From IMG/VR virus record IMGVR_UViG_3300043177_000234: 64,000 bases of DNA; one strand, given 5' to 3'. The notes beneath the pieces are model-generated. The model was not told where the DNA came from and did no database searches. It saw nothing but the letters and a program-made list of their open reading frames with translations. Made by a program: the position numbers and the translations under genes. The stretch is from a virus. How positions within the stretch are numbered: position 1 is the stretch's first letter; each line of letters begins with the position of its first letter. Of this stretch, positions 14,834-25,492 are shown in pieces.

Positions 14834-15505
14834 TCACCTCGCCTGTGACACTTGCTGCTCTTTAACCTCTACCTTGGATGAGCTCTCCATATGTTTTTTG
14901 ATTTTCGTCGCAGCAAAAGCCGCGGCGGCACCGAGAACTGCTGCCATCAGTACCCACGAACCTCTTTCCTCGACGCGAACTTCCTTGTCCAATTCTTCCA
15001 GGTTATACCCATATAAGTCTCCTGTCGTACGATCGCAGAGCGGCAGAATATTCGCTTCTGCACAATTGATAAGGTGCTCTTCGTCGTTGAACGATAGGAA
15101 GTATTTATTCACATCAACATGATTGTGTACGCCGTGCAGATCAATGCCATTAGCATAAGCGAATGCCTCTACACGCAAGAAGTACTCTTTATACTTTTCA
15201 AAAGTCGATGGCTCTACCATTACTCCAAAGACGTACCACTCTCTATTACCATAGCATGTGAACGCTGGTCCCGATGTACGGTGCAGCTTACCTCTCCACA
15301 TCCAGTGCTGTCTATTGTGCGCTTCGAGAAGGCAGGGGCGATCTGCTGTGGAATGTAGGAGGTGTACCGTCTTATGCACCGGGTGAGTATACGTGTATGC
15401 TTCGATGCTCTCGTCGTACTCAATTTGAGTATCAGCAATCTCCTCGGGGAGGATAGCTATCTTGTACTCGCCTCTATCATTAATATAGGATACAGTTGAT
15501 TCCAT
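14834..15505 (-). CDS. Hypothetical protein with an LHRxxGPA-type phage repeat and C-terminal TM
   Basis: WMWRGKLHRTSGPAFTCYGNREWYVFG. Confidence 0.6.
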   Translation of the reverse strand: MESTVSYINDRGEYKIAILPEEIADTQIEYDESIEAYTYTHPVHKTVHLLHSTADRPCLLEAHNRQHWMWRGKLHRTSGPAFTCYGNREWYVFGVMVEPSTFEKYKEYFLRVEAFAYANGIDLHGVHNHVDVNKYFLSFNDEEHLINCAEANILPLCDRTTGDLYGYNLEELDKEVRVEERGSWVLMAAVLGAAAAFAATKIKKHMESSSKVEVKEQQVSQAR

Positions 15506-15529
15506 AAATTCCTTTCTTGAGGTACTAGA

Positions 15530-15886
15530 ATGATTTCTAAATTGGCGACCCTGGCCAACGAACTGGGTGCAGCCGGGCTATACACGGAGGCTGATTTGAT
15601 CGATGAATTGCTTGTCAAAGAGGCTGTTGAGGTTAAGTCGCGCAACCGACCAAGTCCGGCTCTTGACAGCACCCATCCCAAAGTTAAAGACAAGAAAGAT
15701 CACTTTCCTCTAGGGAATATCTCTCAGGCGAGAAATGCTCTCGCCAGAGTTAATCAATTTGATTAGAAACCTGAGTGGTGGGATGGAACGCTGCAGGAGT
15801 TGGTGAACACAGTTGTTAAGGCCGTAAGAAAGCGTTACCCGTCTATTGAAATTAGTAAGGCTTCTAGAAAGCCTGGCAAGGACTAG
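15530..15886 (+). CDS. Conserved large-phage protein with N-terminal LANELxxxG motif; in-frame TAG at 15764-15766
   Basis: The frame continues after TAG as KPEWWDGTLQELV...KRYPSIEISKASRKPGKD*. Confidence 0.6.
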
Positions 15887-15887
15887 T

Positions 15888-16233
15888 ATGCTACGCGCCC
15901 TAATTAGACTTGCAAATGACTTGGATGAAAGAGCTCGGTTCAGTGCGGCAGATGCCGTAGACCGGTCATCAAAGCATTTGTGGAAGATATATCCCCACCA
16001 TTTAGCATTGAAGAAGCCGCTATAATAGCTGATGCTATAGGCATAGATTTTACAGAATCGGACTTCACTCTTAAGGATTTTCAAAAGGGTTTGGGTGTTG
16101 AGCTTGAGCACGGCGCGCGCGACCCAGAAACAGATGTGGTACACAAGAACTATCTTAGCGTAGGGCGTATAGCTTGGGCACATCTAAAAGAAGCCCTAAA
16201 TACTATAGCAAGTTAGCCAAGATAGAATCCTAA
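15888..16233 (+). CDS. LANDLD-motif N-terminus plus DUF5661-like domain; two frameshifts
   Basis: MLRALIRLANDLDERAR...; GLGVELEHG...GRIAWAHLKE then PKYYSKLAKIES in a shifted frame. Confidence 0.6.
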
Positions 16234-16236
16234 TTT

Positions 16237-16488
16237 CTAGGTGTCAGAACTGGGGCCTTTAAGGCTATCCTCGCTCTCCAGAGGTTCGGCTTTCTGGGCC
16301 TCAAGTTCTTTGCGTATGTAACGCATAAATAACATTGCGCGATCTTCCGGTAGGAAGGTAGCATCGCCGCAATCCTCTACTGGCACAGGGAAGATGAACC
16401 CCGATTCTGTGGCGTAGTATAGATTACCTTTACGGTAATATTTGAAATGTACCTTCTTATCACCTGACACCATATCTTTGATATTCAT
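16237..16488 (-). CDS. Conserved phage hypothetical protein
   Basis: YRKGNLYYATESGFIFPVP...FMRYIRK. Confidence 0.65.
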   Translation of the reverse strand: MNIKDMVSGDKKVHFKYYRKGNLYYATESGFIFPVPVEDCGDATFLPEDRAMLFMRYIRKELEAQKAEPLESEDSLKGPSSDT

Positions 16489-16734
16489 TTAATGTAACTC
16501 CTTGCCACATTCAGCTGCCTACGCGCCTTCTCGGAATAGACGGCCTCCGACAGTAGTCACTCCAGTGAGAGCGGGGCTCTCGCTAAATCTTGGGCTGTAA
16601 ACCATACAATTCCATGCCTTGAATAGTATTCACGGAGAATTGGGGGCGGCAGAGGGCGACGCAAGAATTTTCTCCACCACGACCGTTCCTTGCTCTCCTC
16701 GACAGGCACTAGCCAATCGCTTTCTCCATTTGAT

Positions 16735-17703
16735 TTAATCGATACAATTCTGATTTTCATAAGAAATCCCTACGCGCGCAAGATTCGGAAGAACACCAAG
16801 GTTTTTACCTTTAAACTCCATTTCGACATCTACCAAACCAGAGTTCAGTATCTCTAGTTGAAAGTCTGGTATGTAGTGTAAATCATATGAATGCTGCCTG
16901 CGTTGCGTGAATGATCCGTTTACATTCATAGGATCAGTGTTAGAAAGGTGCTGAATGGGGGTAATGTTGGTGGGCCATGTCAGCATTGATTCCTCGGCAG
17001 CTTCCTTGCCGCCCATCCCTTGGGGCCTAAAGGTATGGTGATGGCTGTCAAAGACAATTGGCACTTTAGTCTTTTGCGAAATTGGCAACAACTCTCTGAC
17101 TGAATATGATGATTCATCGTTTTCAAGTGTTAGTCGAGATCTGGCAGACTCATTTAGACGATTGATAGACTCAACCAGCCTATCGGCTCTATTTGATTTC
17201 CCGCCATGTATATTTATAGGAAATTGAACCGAACGGTCGAGTCCCATAGCATCAAACAGCCAACCTTGATTGTTGAGCTCGGCAATTGAATTCTCGATAA
17301 CCTCATCTCTATCAGAGGATAGGACTGTGAATTGCCCGGGGTGAGTTGATATGCGGAACCGTAGCTGCGATATTTTATGTCCCAAATTCGCAAGGTGCGC
17401 TCTAACATTATCATTGTCCCATAAGCTACGTTCAACCTTATCCATGAGAGGAATGAGGTTGCTGCTAATCCTAAAATGTCGCACACTGGTTGTTTCGTAT
17501 ATCAGATCAAGTATCTTACTTACTTCGTTTATGTTATTGACGTAAGTGTCTACTATATGCTCTGACGAGTAGGCTCCAGATAGATACTGGCCGAGTTGGA
17601 GTGTCCTCTCACCAACTATGTTTTCCATTGTAGATACAGCTGTGCCGTTTCGTTTAAGCACAGTGCGGGGGGCGAGCCACTGACAACAGATCCCTATTCC
17701 CAT
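16735..17703 (-). CDS. uvsE: UV damage endonuclease (UvsE/UVDE)
   Basis: FRISSNLIP, HPGQFTVL, LTLENDE, FDSHHH, EFKGK motifs. Confidence 0.92.
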   Translation of the reverse strand: MGIGICCQWLAPRTVLKRNGTAVSTMENIVGERTLQLGQYLSGAYSSEHIVDTYVNNINEVSKILDLIYETTSVRHFRISSNLIPLMDKVERSLWDNDNVRAHLANLGHKISQLRFRISTHPGQFTVLSSDRDEVIENSIAELNNQGWLFDAMGLDRSVQFPINIHGGKSNRADRLVESINRLNESARSRLTLENDESSYSVRELLPISQKTKVPIVFDSHHHTFRPQGMGGKEAAEESMLTWPTNITPIQHLSNTDPMNVNGSFTQRRQHSYDLHYIPDFQLEILNSGLVDVEMEFKGKNLGVLPNLARVGISYENQNCID

Positions 17704-18129
17704 CTACTCTCCGTCCATAATGAAGTCTGATGCATCCTCTAACTCTTCTGTGTCCGCTGCGATGGTGATATCTTCTTTGGTTATATGCTCTGTTGGGGCA
17801 TCACCTGCAACCCATACAAGGGGATAGCCGGGGATGGTACCATAAGCATACTCTTTTTGAAAGTCTCGCAGACTAGAGAATTTTTTGAGTTTTCGATCTT
17901 TTATCAATTCGCATGGTGCATTATACTCTTCAACTATAATGCGATCATTATCTACATATACAACATGTACCCAAAATGCATAGAACTCGGTAAACCTGTC
18001 CCCCGCTCGTGGAGCGGCCATCCTCTCTTCTGTTATCTTGTTCCAATTGTAGTTAGCCATGAATGAATCCCTCGATAAGTTCCTGAGAGTATCCCAGAAT
18101 TCTTCCCATCTCTTTGTGGTATAGCTCAT
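17704..18129 (-). CDS. Hypothetical protein
   Basis: ORF track; abuts uvsE. Confidence 0.55.
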   Translation of the reverse strand: MSYTTKRWEEFWDTLRNLSRDSFMANYNWNKITEERMAAPRAGDRFTEFYAFWVHVVYVDNDRIIVEEYNAPCELIKDRKLKKFSSLRDFQKEYAYGTIPGYPLVWVAGDAPTEHITKEDITIAADTEELEDASDFIMDGE

Positions 18130-18469
18130 CTCGATTTGAACTATTTAGAAGCTGCTCTATGATGTCTGCGTCAGACGCGTGTCCATCTGCCCACATGACA
18201 ATATTGCGTGCGGTAGAGGGGGTGGCCCCATTCACAATAAAGCTTCTGAACCCTATTGGACGACTGCCTGGTGAGGCATTTAGTTCCCTGACATACTGAG
18301 CGAGATTAAGCCAAGCTGCCTCACTCCTTATGTCGAAGGCGCTAAACAGCGCAACATTACGAATGCCCTTGGCGATTGAGTAGGCTTGTGCGGAAAATTC
18401 ACCGACCAACATACCAAGAAAGAATGGGTCTTCACCTGAGTCGGCAATAAGTTTCGTTGGGTCTATCAC
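18053..18469 (-). CDS. Hypothetical protein
   Basis: ORF track. Confidence 0.5.
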   Translation of the reverse strand: MIDPTKLIADSGEDPFFLGMLVGEFSAQAYSIAKGIRNVALFSAFDIRSEAAWLNLAQYVRELNASPGSRPIGFRSFIVNGATPSTARNIVMWADGHASDADIIEQLLNSSNRDELYHKEMGRILGYSQELIEGFIHG

Positions 18470-18897
18470 TCTTGTGCTCCCTTATAGTGAAGATCGCAGA
18501 CCGTGCTCAGCCACCCGTTGGAATTTCTAGTGGAACCTGGGGCACCGCACTCTTCGCAAACAGTGCGGCTACGCTCTTCAAAATGATTTATGATTTCATC
18601 GATAGTTGGATTTTGTCCGGTCACATATAGCCTGAGCGCCCCGAATTTCTCCTTGATCTGAAGGATATTTCCACTCCATCCGGCTTGACGCAACTGTTCG
18701 AAACACTCGCTCAGCAGGCCCTTCCAACCTGGACCAACGGAGCCTTGACGAAAAGAGTGATAGGATGGATCGATCTGGGCCACCCATTCCTGAAATTCGA
18801 TGCTGTAATTACGTTCATCGGTCGACATATAGCTGGCTCCTTCGAAGACCGCGCTCAGTGAAATCCTGTACGGGCGCGAATGCCGGAGAGTCGTCAA
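18466..18897 (-). CDS. Conserved phage hypothetical protein with C-terminal Zn ribbon
   Basis: GWKGLL...QIKEKFGALRLY...CEECG...TVC. Confidence 0.7.
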   Translation of the reverse strand: MTTLRHSRPYRISLSAVFEGASYMSTDERNYSIEFQEWVAQIDPSYHSFRQGSVGPGWKGLLSECFEQLRQAGWSGNILQIKEKFGALRLYVTGQNPTIDEIINHFEERSRTVCEECGAPGSTRNSNGWLSTVCDLHYKGAQE

Positions 18898-19318
18898 GCT
18901 TTATGGCAAATGGGATCAGCAGATCTGGAAGAGAGTCGTAGTTTACCGTATGCTCGGCATACATCCATTCGCCATATAATGTGAAGCCGGCTTCCAGCGC
19001 ACGAGAGAGCTCTCTAAAAAGAACCCTGTTATCGTACAGCCAATTCCATATTGGCCGGAACTGCAATTAGCTGTAGTTTCTCGCTTTACATATCCCTTAA
19101 GAAGGATGTGCTCACGATTTCCTACGATAATATCGCCGATGCCATCCCACTTAATGCGAACATTCGCACCATCAATCTTTTCTTCTACCAGAATATTTCG
19201 TGACGATAGGAATTTCCACCTGGAATGTTCGGGAAGGACTATATCATCCTTTGCTATCGCTCCTGACCCCCGGCAGATGTGGTGTCTTCGGGTATCTTTG
19301 TAGATTCTTTCGCTGCAT
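18815..19318 (-). pseudogene. ATP-dependent RNA-ligase-like gene, two frameshifts at homopolymer runs
   Basis: Reconstructed MQRKNLQRYPKTPHLPGSG...EEKIDGANVRI...NREHIL...LYGEWMYAEHTVNYDSLPD; KxDGxN adenylation motif. Confidence 0.7.
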
Positions 19319-19683
19319 ATTCGCTACTCTTTATGTAATGTAGTATGTGAGCCTGGGCAGCATCTTTAATGCAGGAAAAACACAGGCCAGTGTCGTGAAA
19401 CTCTGGCCTTGAATATCTCGCACTACATTTGATACAATTAACCTCAGTATCTGCCAAAGGCATTTCCCAAACGTCTATATCTTTAATACTCACTCTGAGT
19501 CTCCACTATCTGAGCATAGATCCGACTCCACAGAGCGCTCTTCTGTGCCAGCATCAACAAGTGATGTATTGGTGTCTGGGGAGCCCCTGAGTAGGGCCAG
19601 TACTCCGGCGATGAGGCATGCGACTAATAAAAGTGCCCCGACTACCTTAAAACTTCCAAGAACTTCTTTCATCATATATAACC

Positions 19684-20832
19684 TCATATATCTATTCTTT
19701 TTGAGAGAATAGAAATACACAATTCCTCGATCCTTTTCATGTCAGGCTTATGCGGAATTGAGTACTTTTTTGTGTTGTAAATTTCAGTACAAAGAGCGTC
19801 TTCTGTTAGGAAGAACTCCTCCAGCTTGTCATAGCTCCACGCACCGGCACGGATGGCCACTAATTCATCTGAGTCGATACCCACTCTATTTACGTTTACT
19901 TTGCCATCTACAAGGATCTCGCGACACATTCTCATCAGTCTAACTAGATGACTGGCGTGCTTTGTATCGTACCCGTACTTTTCCTCCAGAGCCGCACGCG
20001 CTGGATTTCGCGCTTTTTTCCACTGATGATATCGGGACCAATCATCTTGGGCATGACGAAATCTCCTCTCCTTTTCCAGGAGATGAATAAAGTTCTCATC
20101 ATATCCAATGCTCCGGGCAGCACTCTTCCATTTAGAATCTGTAGTAGACATGATTTCGGCCAGCATCAAATTGATCTTGCCCAAAATAGATATACGGTCA
20201 GCCTCTGAGGTGACAGCACTTAGATCTGTCTCCCACTCATCAGTTTTCTTTTGAATAGATGCCACGGCGGCCTCTAGCTGATTCTTTGGTATTAGACCAA
20301 CAGCAGGAAGATCAAATTCCTCACGTGTAGGCGGCCCTTTTGGTGGATTAAGGAGATAGCTCCTGTGTGTCTTGATGCGCTTAAACTGCGCAGCGGAGTA
20401 CCCTGAGAAGGTATGCTTTGCCTTGGCTGACAGGAAGAGGTTGCCATTATCTCTAAGCTCCCTTCCCTCTTTAGAGCAAACTCTCACATGCGCATCATCA
20501 CAAAACAGAACATCTAGAATGTTAGGATTCGCGTCAGCCGCAAGACTCATGAATTTGCGCAATTCGTATACTGATCCCTCGAGTTTTTCCCTATGAGAGA
20601 TTTCACGTTCCTCATCGGACAGTAGCGGGAGGAAGGCTGCAATATTGTCCGGCGAATCAGCCTGCTCGAATGCATGATTCAAACCCAGATATGTTTCCAT
20701 TGGAGGTATCGCAATACCCTTCACATCCACATCTGAATCTGCGCGATGGATCCCATATGCTCTGGAGCCCGCCAATGTCAGTAAGATAGTGTGCTTAACG
20801 AGGTCAAAGTACATGTCATCATCCCATCTCAA
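19684..20832 (-). CDS. Pol-beta superfamily nucleotidyltransferase, RlaP-like
   Basis: LAGSRAYGIHRADSDVDVKG motif; YDTKHASHLVRLM C-terminal motif. Confidence 0.8.
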   Translation of the reverse strand: MRWDDDMYFDLVKHTILLTLAGSRAYGIHRADSDVDVKGIAIPPMETYLGLNHAFEQADSPDNIAAFLPLLSDEEREISHREKLEGSVYELRKFMSLAADANPNILDVLFCDDAHVRVCSKEGRELRDNGNLFLSAKAKHTFSGYSAAQFKRIKTHRSYLLNPPKGPPTREEFDLPAVGLIPKNQLEAAVASIQKKTDEWETDLSAVTSEADRISILGKINLMLAEIMSTTDSKWKSAARSIGYDENFIHLLEKERRFRHAQDDWSRYHQWKKARNPARAALEEKYGYDTKHASHLVRLMRMCREILVDGKVNVNRVGIDSDELVAIRAGAWSYDKLEEFFLTEDALCTEIYNTKKYSIPHKPDMKRIEELCISILSKRIDI

Positions 20833-21110
20833 GGTTAATCTAATTCATCATCATCAAAAATATCATCTGACCACATATTGTCATCATTCTTGAGAAATAG
20901 GTAGGCTCCTGCTGCCAGGAAAGATATTACAAAAAGAACTGCCCCAATTGCAATTGCGCTCATATAATTCCCCCATTGATTAAGTCAACTTCCATTCCCA
21001 CCAGAACCTTGTACTCACGATCCTGTTTGGAAACCAACTCGGTTATCTTTTCCACAATTTCCCATACATATCTAAGCTCAGCCCGCGCACGAGCAGAGGG
21101 GGGTCCAGTG

Positions 21111-21506
21111 TCATCCCTCCTGCCATGTGCCTAGACCAGAATTCCATCCCCGAATCCTCTCAGGACAGTAGCTGAATTCATGTCTGGCATCGGCTATGTG
21201 AGATGGAAAGTTGCCTACCAGATCGGTCAAGCTAGCGTTAAACCACTCCTCAACACCCTCATCTTCGAGCATTATCCGATAATTTATGTTGGCGTTGCTG
21301 GGGTCTAGGAATGGCCGAGAATATTCCTCATCAATATCGTCATCATCAGCAAATCCTATTCTGATATTATCATAAAATACCGGGGACCAAATTGATTTAA
21401 GAAACTCTCTAATCTCCTCCCTGCGCTGCTTTAACACTTCGACATGGGGGGCTAAACTCAGGATGTGCTCCGCCCTGTGGGCAGCGTCCAAGATTCCACT
21501 ATTCAT
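21111..21506 (-). CDS. Hypothetical protein
   Basis: ORF track; 4-nt overlap with clpB. Confidence 0.55.
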   Translation of the reverse strand: MNSGILDAAHRAEHILSLAPHVEVLKQRREEIREFLKSIWSPVFYDNIRIGFADDDDIDEEYSRPFLDPSNANINYRIMLEDEGVEEWFNASLTDLVGNFPSHIADARHEFSYCPERIRGWNSGLGTWQEG

Positions 21507-24091
21507 CGCACAACTCCATCGACCCTAGTGAATGTCAGCCCTTCATCTGACTTTGAAGAGTTAACATCAACGAGAACACTATCCCCTTTAACGTAACCCC
21601 CTTCAAGAATGGCTAGTGAAAGCGGATCTTGTAGCCATCGCTGGATAGCCCTGCGTAGAGGCCGGGCTCCAAACTGCGGTTCAAACCCAGCATCAACAAT
21701 GGCTTTAAATGCTTCTGGTGTTATCTCTAGGCTTAGTCGGCGAGCTGCAAGCATGCCGCTTACCTTCTTGAGTTGGATGTTGGCTATGTGCTCGATATTC
21801 TCTCTGGTGAGACCGTGAAACATGATCACATCATCGATTCTGCCGAGGAACTCGGGACGGAATGCTTTTCGTAGATCAGCGAACGCAGCCTCCTTAGCAG
21901 ACTCTGGCAATGTGCCGTCTGCTGTAGTTGCTGCCAGTAGGTGCTGAGAGCCTACATTTGATGTCATGATAATTACCGTGTTCTTGAAATCTACGAGGCG
22001 GCTTTGGCTGTCCGTAAGCCGTCCATCATCAAGCACTTGAAGTAGAATATTAAAAATGTCCGGATGGGCTTTCTCGACCTCATCGAAAAGCACTACGGAG
22101 TATGGCTTAAGCCTTACAGCCTCAGTCAACTGTCCTCCTTCATCAGCACCCTTGTATCCGGGAGGGGCGCCGATAAGACGTGCGACTGTGTGTTTCTCTT
22201 GGAACTCACTCATGTCCAGGCGAATCATCGCACGTTCGTCATCGAACAGGAATTGGGTAAGTGCCTTGGCTAACTCCGTCTTGCCTACGCCGGTCGGGCC
22301 TAAGAAGAAGAAGCTGCCTACTGGACGGTTGGGGTCACTCAATCCCGAACGGCTACGGCGAATCGCCTTTGCAATGGCCTTGAGTGCTTCCTTCTGCCCA
22401 ATAACGCGAGCCGAGATATGCTCCTCCATATGCAGAAGTTTCTCTCGCTCCGACTCTAACATAGATGATACCGGAATTCCTGTCATATCCCCGACCACTC
22501 GGGCAATGTCTGCTGGTTCGACCTCCTCTTTGATTAGAGGCGTGCCGGCCTGAAGCTTTTGAAGTTCTTCAGTCGCAGAATCGAGATCTGCTTGGAGGCG
22601 CTGTAGCTGCCCATACTTTAGCTCAGATGCCTTGCTGATATTTCCACCGCGAGTAGCGGCCTCAAGCTTAGCATTCGTCTCTTCAATACCCTCTTTGATT
22701 GCGCGAATGGATTGAATCAATCCCACTTCGGCCTCCCAGCGAGACTTGAGAGCAGTTACAGTCTCCTCAACCGTCGCTATTTGGCGCTCCAGCTTAGCCT
22801 TATACTCTAGCGCATCACGATCCTTTTCTGCATGAATTGCGGAGAGCTCCATCTGCAACTGTGTGAGGTGCCTACTCTCGACATCAAGCGCGTCAGGCAT
22901 CGAATCTATAGCCACTCTGATCCTAGACGCAGCTTCATCTACAAGATCAATTGCCTTGTCCGGCAGTTGCCGCCCAGAGATATACCTCTGGGAAAACTTG
23001 ATTGCTGCGGTCAGCGCCGCATCTTGAATGCGGACGCCGTGATGAACTTCATATTTCGCTCTTACACCGCGCAAAATGCGAAGTGTTTCATCGTGAGACG
23101 GCTCTTCAATGAGGAGTGGCTGGAACCTGCGCTCCAGCGCTTTATCCTTTTCAATTGAGTTTCGGTATTCGTCCGGCGTGGTTGCGCCCAAAACCTGAAT
23201 CTCGCCACGAGCAAGTGGCGGCTTGAGCATTTGACTAGCATCAGATGCCCCCTCACCTCCAGCGCCAACCAGAGTGTGAATCTCGTCGATAAATAGGATT
23301 GTGTTACCTTCTGCTTGATTTACCTCTGAGATTACAGCTTTGATACGCTCTTCAAACTGTCCTCGTAGTGAGGCTCCGGCCAAAAGCGCGCCCATGTCCA
23401 AGGCCATAATCCTACGGTCCTTCAGTGGTACTGGCACATCCCCAACAGCAATTCTTTGCGCAAGGCCATTGATAATGGCATTCTTGCCCACGCCGGGTTT
23501 ACCAATCAAGATGGGGTTATTCTTTGAACGTCGGGATAGAACCTGGATAATTCTGCGGATCTCCTCGTCTCTACCCACAATGGGATCGATCCTGCCTTCC
23601 TTTACACGCTGCACTAGATCGATGGCGTATTTTGCAAGAGCGGAATCTGCTGTCTTCGGCGGCTGAGCCTTTGTTACCTTAACCAGGCCGCCCTCAAGGC
23701 GCTCTTTTGTAATGCCCGAATCGCGCAAAAGTCGGCCGCTTGCACCAGAATTAGTCTGAGCATCTGCCAGAGCGAGTAGAAAGTGTCCTGTGTCCACCTT
23801 TGCGTTTGCTTTTGTCGCAAAAACCTCTGCAGCTGATGTGATCTTTAGAAACCTAGGAGACAGGTAGTTTGATGCCTGAACCTTTGGAATCTTTAGGAGC
23901 TCAATATCGAGCCTGCGCTCAAGCTCTGCGGAGGGAGTATACTTGTCAAATACGGTTCGGATGGCGGGGTTCTGCAAAAGAACCTTGAGCATGTGCTCGG
24001 GCTCAATGGCTTGGTGTTGATTGGCCTTGGCGGCCTTCTGACTATCAACCATAAGAGTTTGTGCTTGCAAAGTGTACTTAGAAAGTTTCAT
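21503..24091 (-). CDS. clpB: ClpB AAA+ disaggregase
   Basis: Two NBDs (GKPGVGKN, GPTGVGKT), RRSKNNP, KYRGQFEER-like pore loop, coiled-coil M domain, FRPEFLGRID. Confidence 0.96.
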   Translation of the reverse strand: MKLSKYTLQAQTLMVDSQKAAKANQHQAIEPEHMLKVLLQNPAIRTVFDKYTPSAELERRLDIELLKIPKVQASNYLSPRFLKITSAAEVFATKANAKVDTGHFLLALADAQTNSGASGRLLRDSGITKERLEGGLVKVTKAQPPKTADSALAKYAIDLVQRVKEGRIDPIVGRDEEIRRIIQVLSRRSKNNPILIGKPGVGKNAIINGLAQRIAVGDVPVPLKDRRIMALDMGALLAGASLRGQFEERIKAVISEVNQAEGNTILFIDEIHTLVGAGGEGASDASQMLKPPLARGEIQVLGATTPDEYRNSIEKDKALERRFQPLLIEEPSHDETLRILRGVRAKYEVHHGVRIQDAALTAAIKFSQRYISGRQLPDKAIDLVDEAASRIRVAIDSMPDALDVESRHLTQLQMELSAIHAEKDRDALEYKAKLERQIATVEETVTALKSRWEAEVGLIQSIRAIKEGIEETNAKLEAATRGGNISKASELKYGQLQRLQADLDSATEELQKLQAGTPLIKEEVEPADIARVVGDMTGIPVSSMLESEREKLLHMEEHISARVIGQKEALKAIAKAIRRSRSGLSDPNRPVGSFFFLGPTGVGKTELAKALTQFLFDDERAMIRLDMSEFQEKHTVARLIGAPPGYKGADEGGQLTEAVRLKPYSVVLFDEVEKAHPDIFNILLQVLDDGRLTDSQSRLVDFKNTVIIMTSNVGSQHLLAATTADGTLPESAKEAAFADLRKAFRPEFLGRIDDVIMFHGLTRENIEHIANIQLKKVSGMLAARRLSLEITPEAFKAIVDAGFEPQFGARPLRRAIQRWLQDPLSLAILEGGYVKGDSVLVDVNSSKSDEGLTFTRVDGVVR

Positions 24092-24104
24092 ATTTAATCG
24101 ACCC

Positions 24105-24548
24105 TCATTCAGATGGATTATTCACTTCTGATATTACACTCTCATCCCATCCGCACGATATTTCATGATCGCATGGGTCGTCACTAGTGTCCCATAGGTA
24201 TAGATGCAGGAATTCATGGGCCGTCGCACCGTCCTCTACGGTAGGATATGTTTCCAAATCTGAGGCGATTTGAATCCTGGCTCTGGCCAGCCCCGAACCC
24301 GGCCAAAGGGCCGTCCCTGCCACCTTACGACCGTAGCTGTAAAAATACGACTCGTCCTTGCAAAAGATATCTGTCCGATTTAGTACTAGGAATGCATCAG
24401 GCAATAGATCTATGAACCTGAGGGCTACGGCCTCAAATTCAAAATCTGAATATGGGCAGTGCACTCCAACAACATTAACTTGCTTATTTGTACAAGCTAC
24501 AGTGCACATCAGCATCAGTACTGTAAATAATTCGAGAATCCTCTTCAT
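24105..24548 (-). CDS. Putative lipoprotein with HExxH zincin motif
   Basis: TVAC lipobox-like; TAHEFLH. Confidence 0.55.
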   Translation of the reverse strand: MKRILELFTVLMLMCTVACTNKQVNVVGVHCPYSDFEFEAVALRFIDLLPDAFLVLNRTDIFCKDESYFYSYGRKVAGTALWPGSGLARARIQIASDLETYPTVEDGATAHEFLHLYLWDTSDDPCDHEISCGWDESVISEVNNPSE

Positions 24549-24554
24549 ATATAA

Positions 24555-25046
24555 TTACTTTTCCGGAAGCTTGACTATGGAGACGGATGCGCGATCCTTA
24601 ACATGCTCAGAGAAGCGTTCCAGTAAGAAGAGGTAGTCGTCCCACTTTCCTCCAGCCATTCCACAACCAATGCCATATGGAAATGCTATACTGCTTAAGT
24701 CTGGCAGCAGTGATATCTTATGCAGACACCTGTAGAAATACCTGAGCCGCGCTTGAGCGCCATCTAGCTCGGATGCCGGATAGATGCGGTTACTACCAGG
24801 ATAGTACTGTCCCATCATGTTGATAACAAATCGCTGCTGAATGCCGTCGCCGCACACTACTATACTGCCCGGTTCATCGACCATTTTGGATGCAGCGCGA
24901 GCGCTATAGACATCGGCATAGGGAAAGCGCTGGAAGATTGCCTTGGCTAGTCCGGCAGCATGAGATGTTAGGCAGTTAGTTTGGTGTGCTATGTATTGCG
25001 CATCCGAATCAATTATGTCACCATCAACAAAACTGAGATTTGTCAT
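24555..25046 (-). CDS. Macro domain (ADP-ribose/Appr-1''-p processing) protein
   Basis: GDIIDS...IAHQTNC...AAGLAKAIF...IAFPYGIGCGMAGGKW. Confidence 0.9.
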   Translation of the reverse strand: MTNLSFVDGDIIDSDAQYIAHQTNCLTSHAAGLAKAIFQRFPYADVYSARAASKMVDEPGSIVVCGDGIQQRFVINMMGQYYPGSNRIYPASELDGAQARLRYFYRCLHKISLLPDLSSIAFPYGIGCGMAGGKWDDYLFLLERFSEHVKDRASVSIVKLPEK

Positions 25047-25492
25047 TGTAGATCTAGCTCTATACTTTCAATTACAAATTCACCAGTCGGAACAGGATCG
25101 GTGTACTTTATACCAACCGGCAGGTACTTAAGGGTGGCGTGTGGCACATATTCTTTCCACGCATGCTGGACGGGGATGCCTTCGGCCTCCAGCTTCTCCC
25201 AAAGTGATTTGTGTAATTTCTCCAGCGACGGGTCGGCATCTATTGCCACACACCACGGCACACCATAATCACCTGCGGGAAAAGACCTGAGATTACCGAA
25301 TCTACATTTAATTGGCGGACACTCACGCGTCTCTTTAGAAACAACCTCGCGAAGCCTGGGAATTGCCTCTTTCTCAATATCTCCAACAAAGAGTACTGTA
25401 CAGTGGGGAACGCTATCGTCGTCCCCGCCCCTATCTTCTGGGAAGAACTTATGTACACTATCTGGAAGTGGGGCGCATATGTATGCCTTCAA
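25043..25492 (-). CDS. 2H phosphoesterase (LigT/ThpR 2'-5' RNA ligase family)
   Basis: PHCTV and PHATL motifs. Confidence 0.85.
   Translation of the reverse strand: MKAYICAPLPDSVHKFFPEDRGGDDDSVPHCTVLFVGDIEKEAIPRLREVVSKETRECPPIKCRFGNLRSFPAGDYGVPWCVAIDADPSLEKLHKSLWEKLEAEGIPVQHAWKEYVPHATLKYLPVGIKYTDPVPTGEFVIESIELDLQ

Noticed and set aside
18815-19318. Programmed ribosomal frameshifting in the many broken genes
   Set aside because: Breaks fall at varied short homopolymers in unrelated genes (also near 7497, 15965, 16195, 28570, 28780), often two per gene; sequencing error or decay is simpler.
21609-23666. Plus-strand ORFs antisense to clpB
   Set aside because: Shadow ORFs of a long conserved gene, with no independent motifs.
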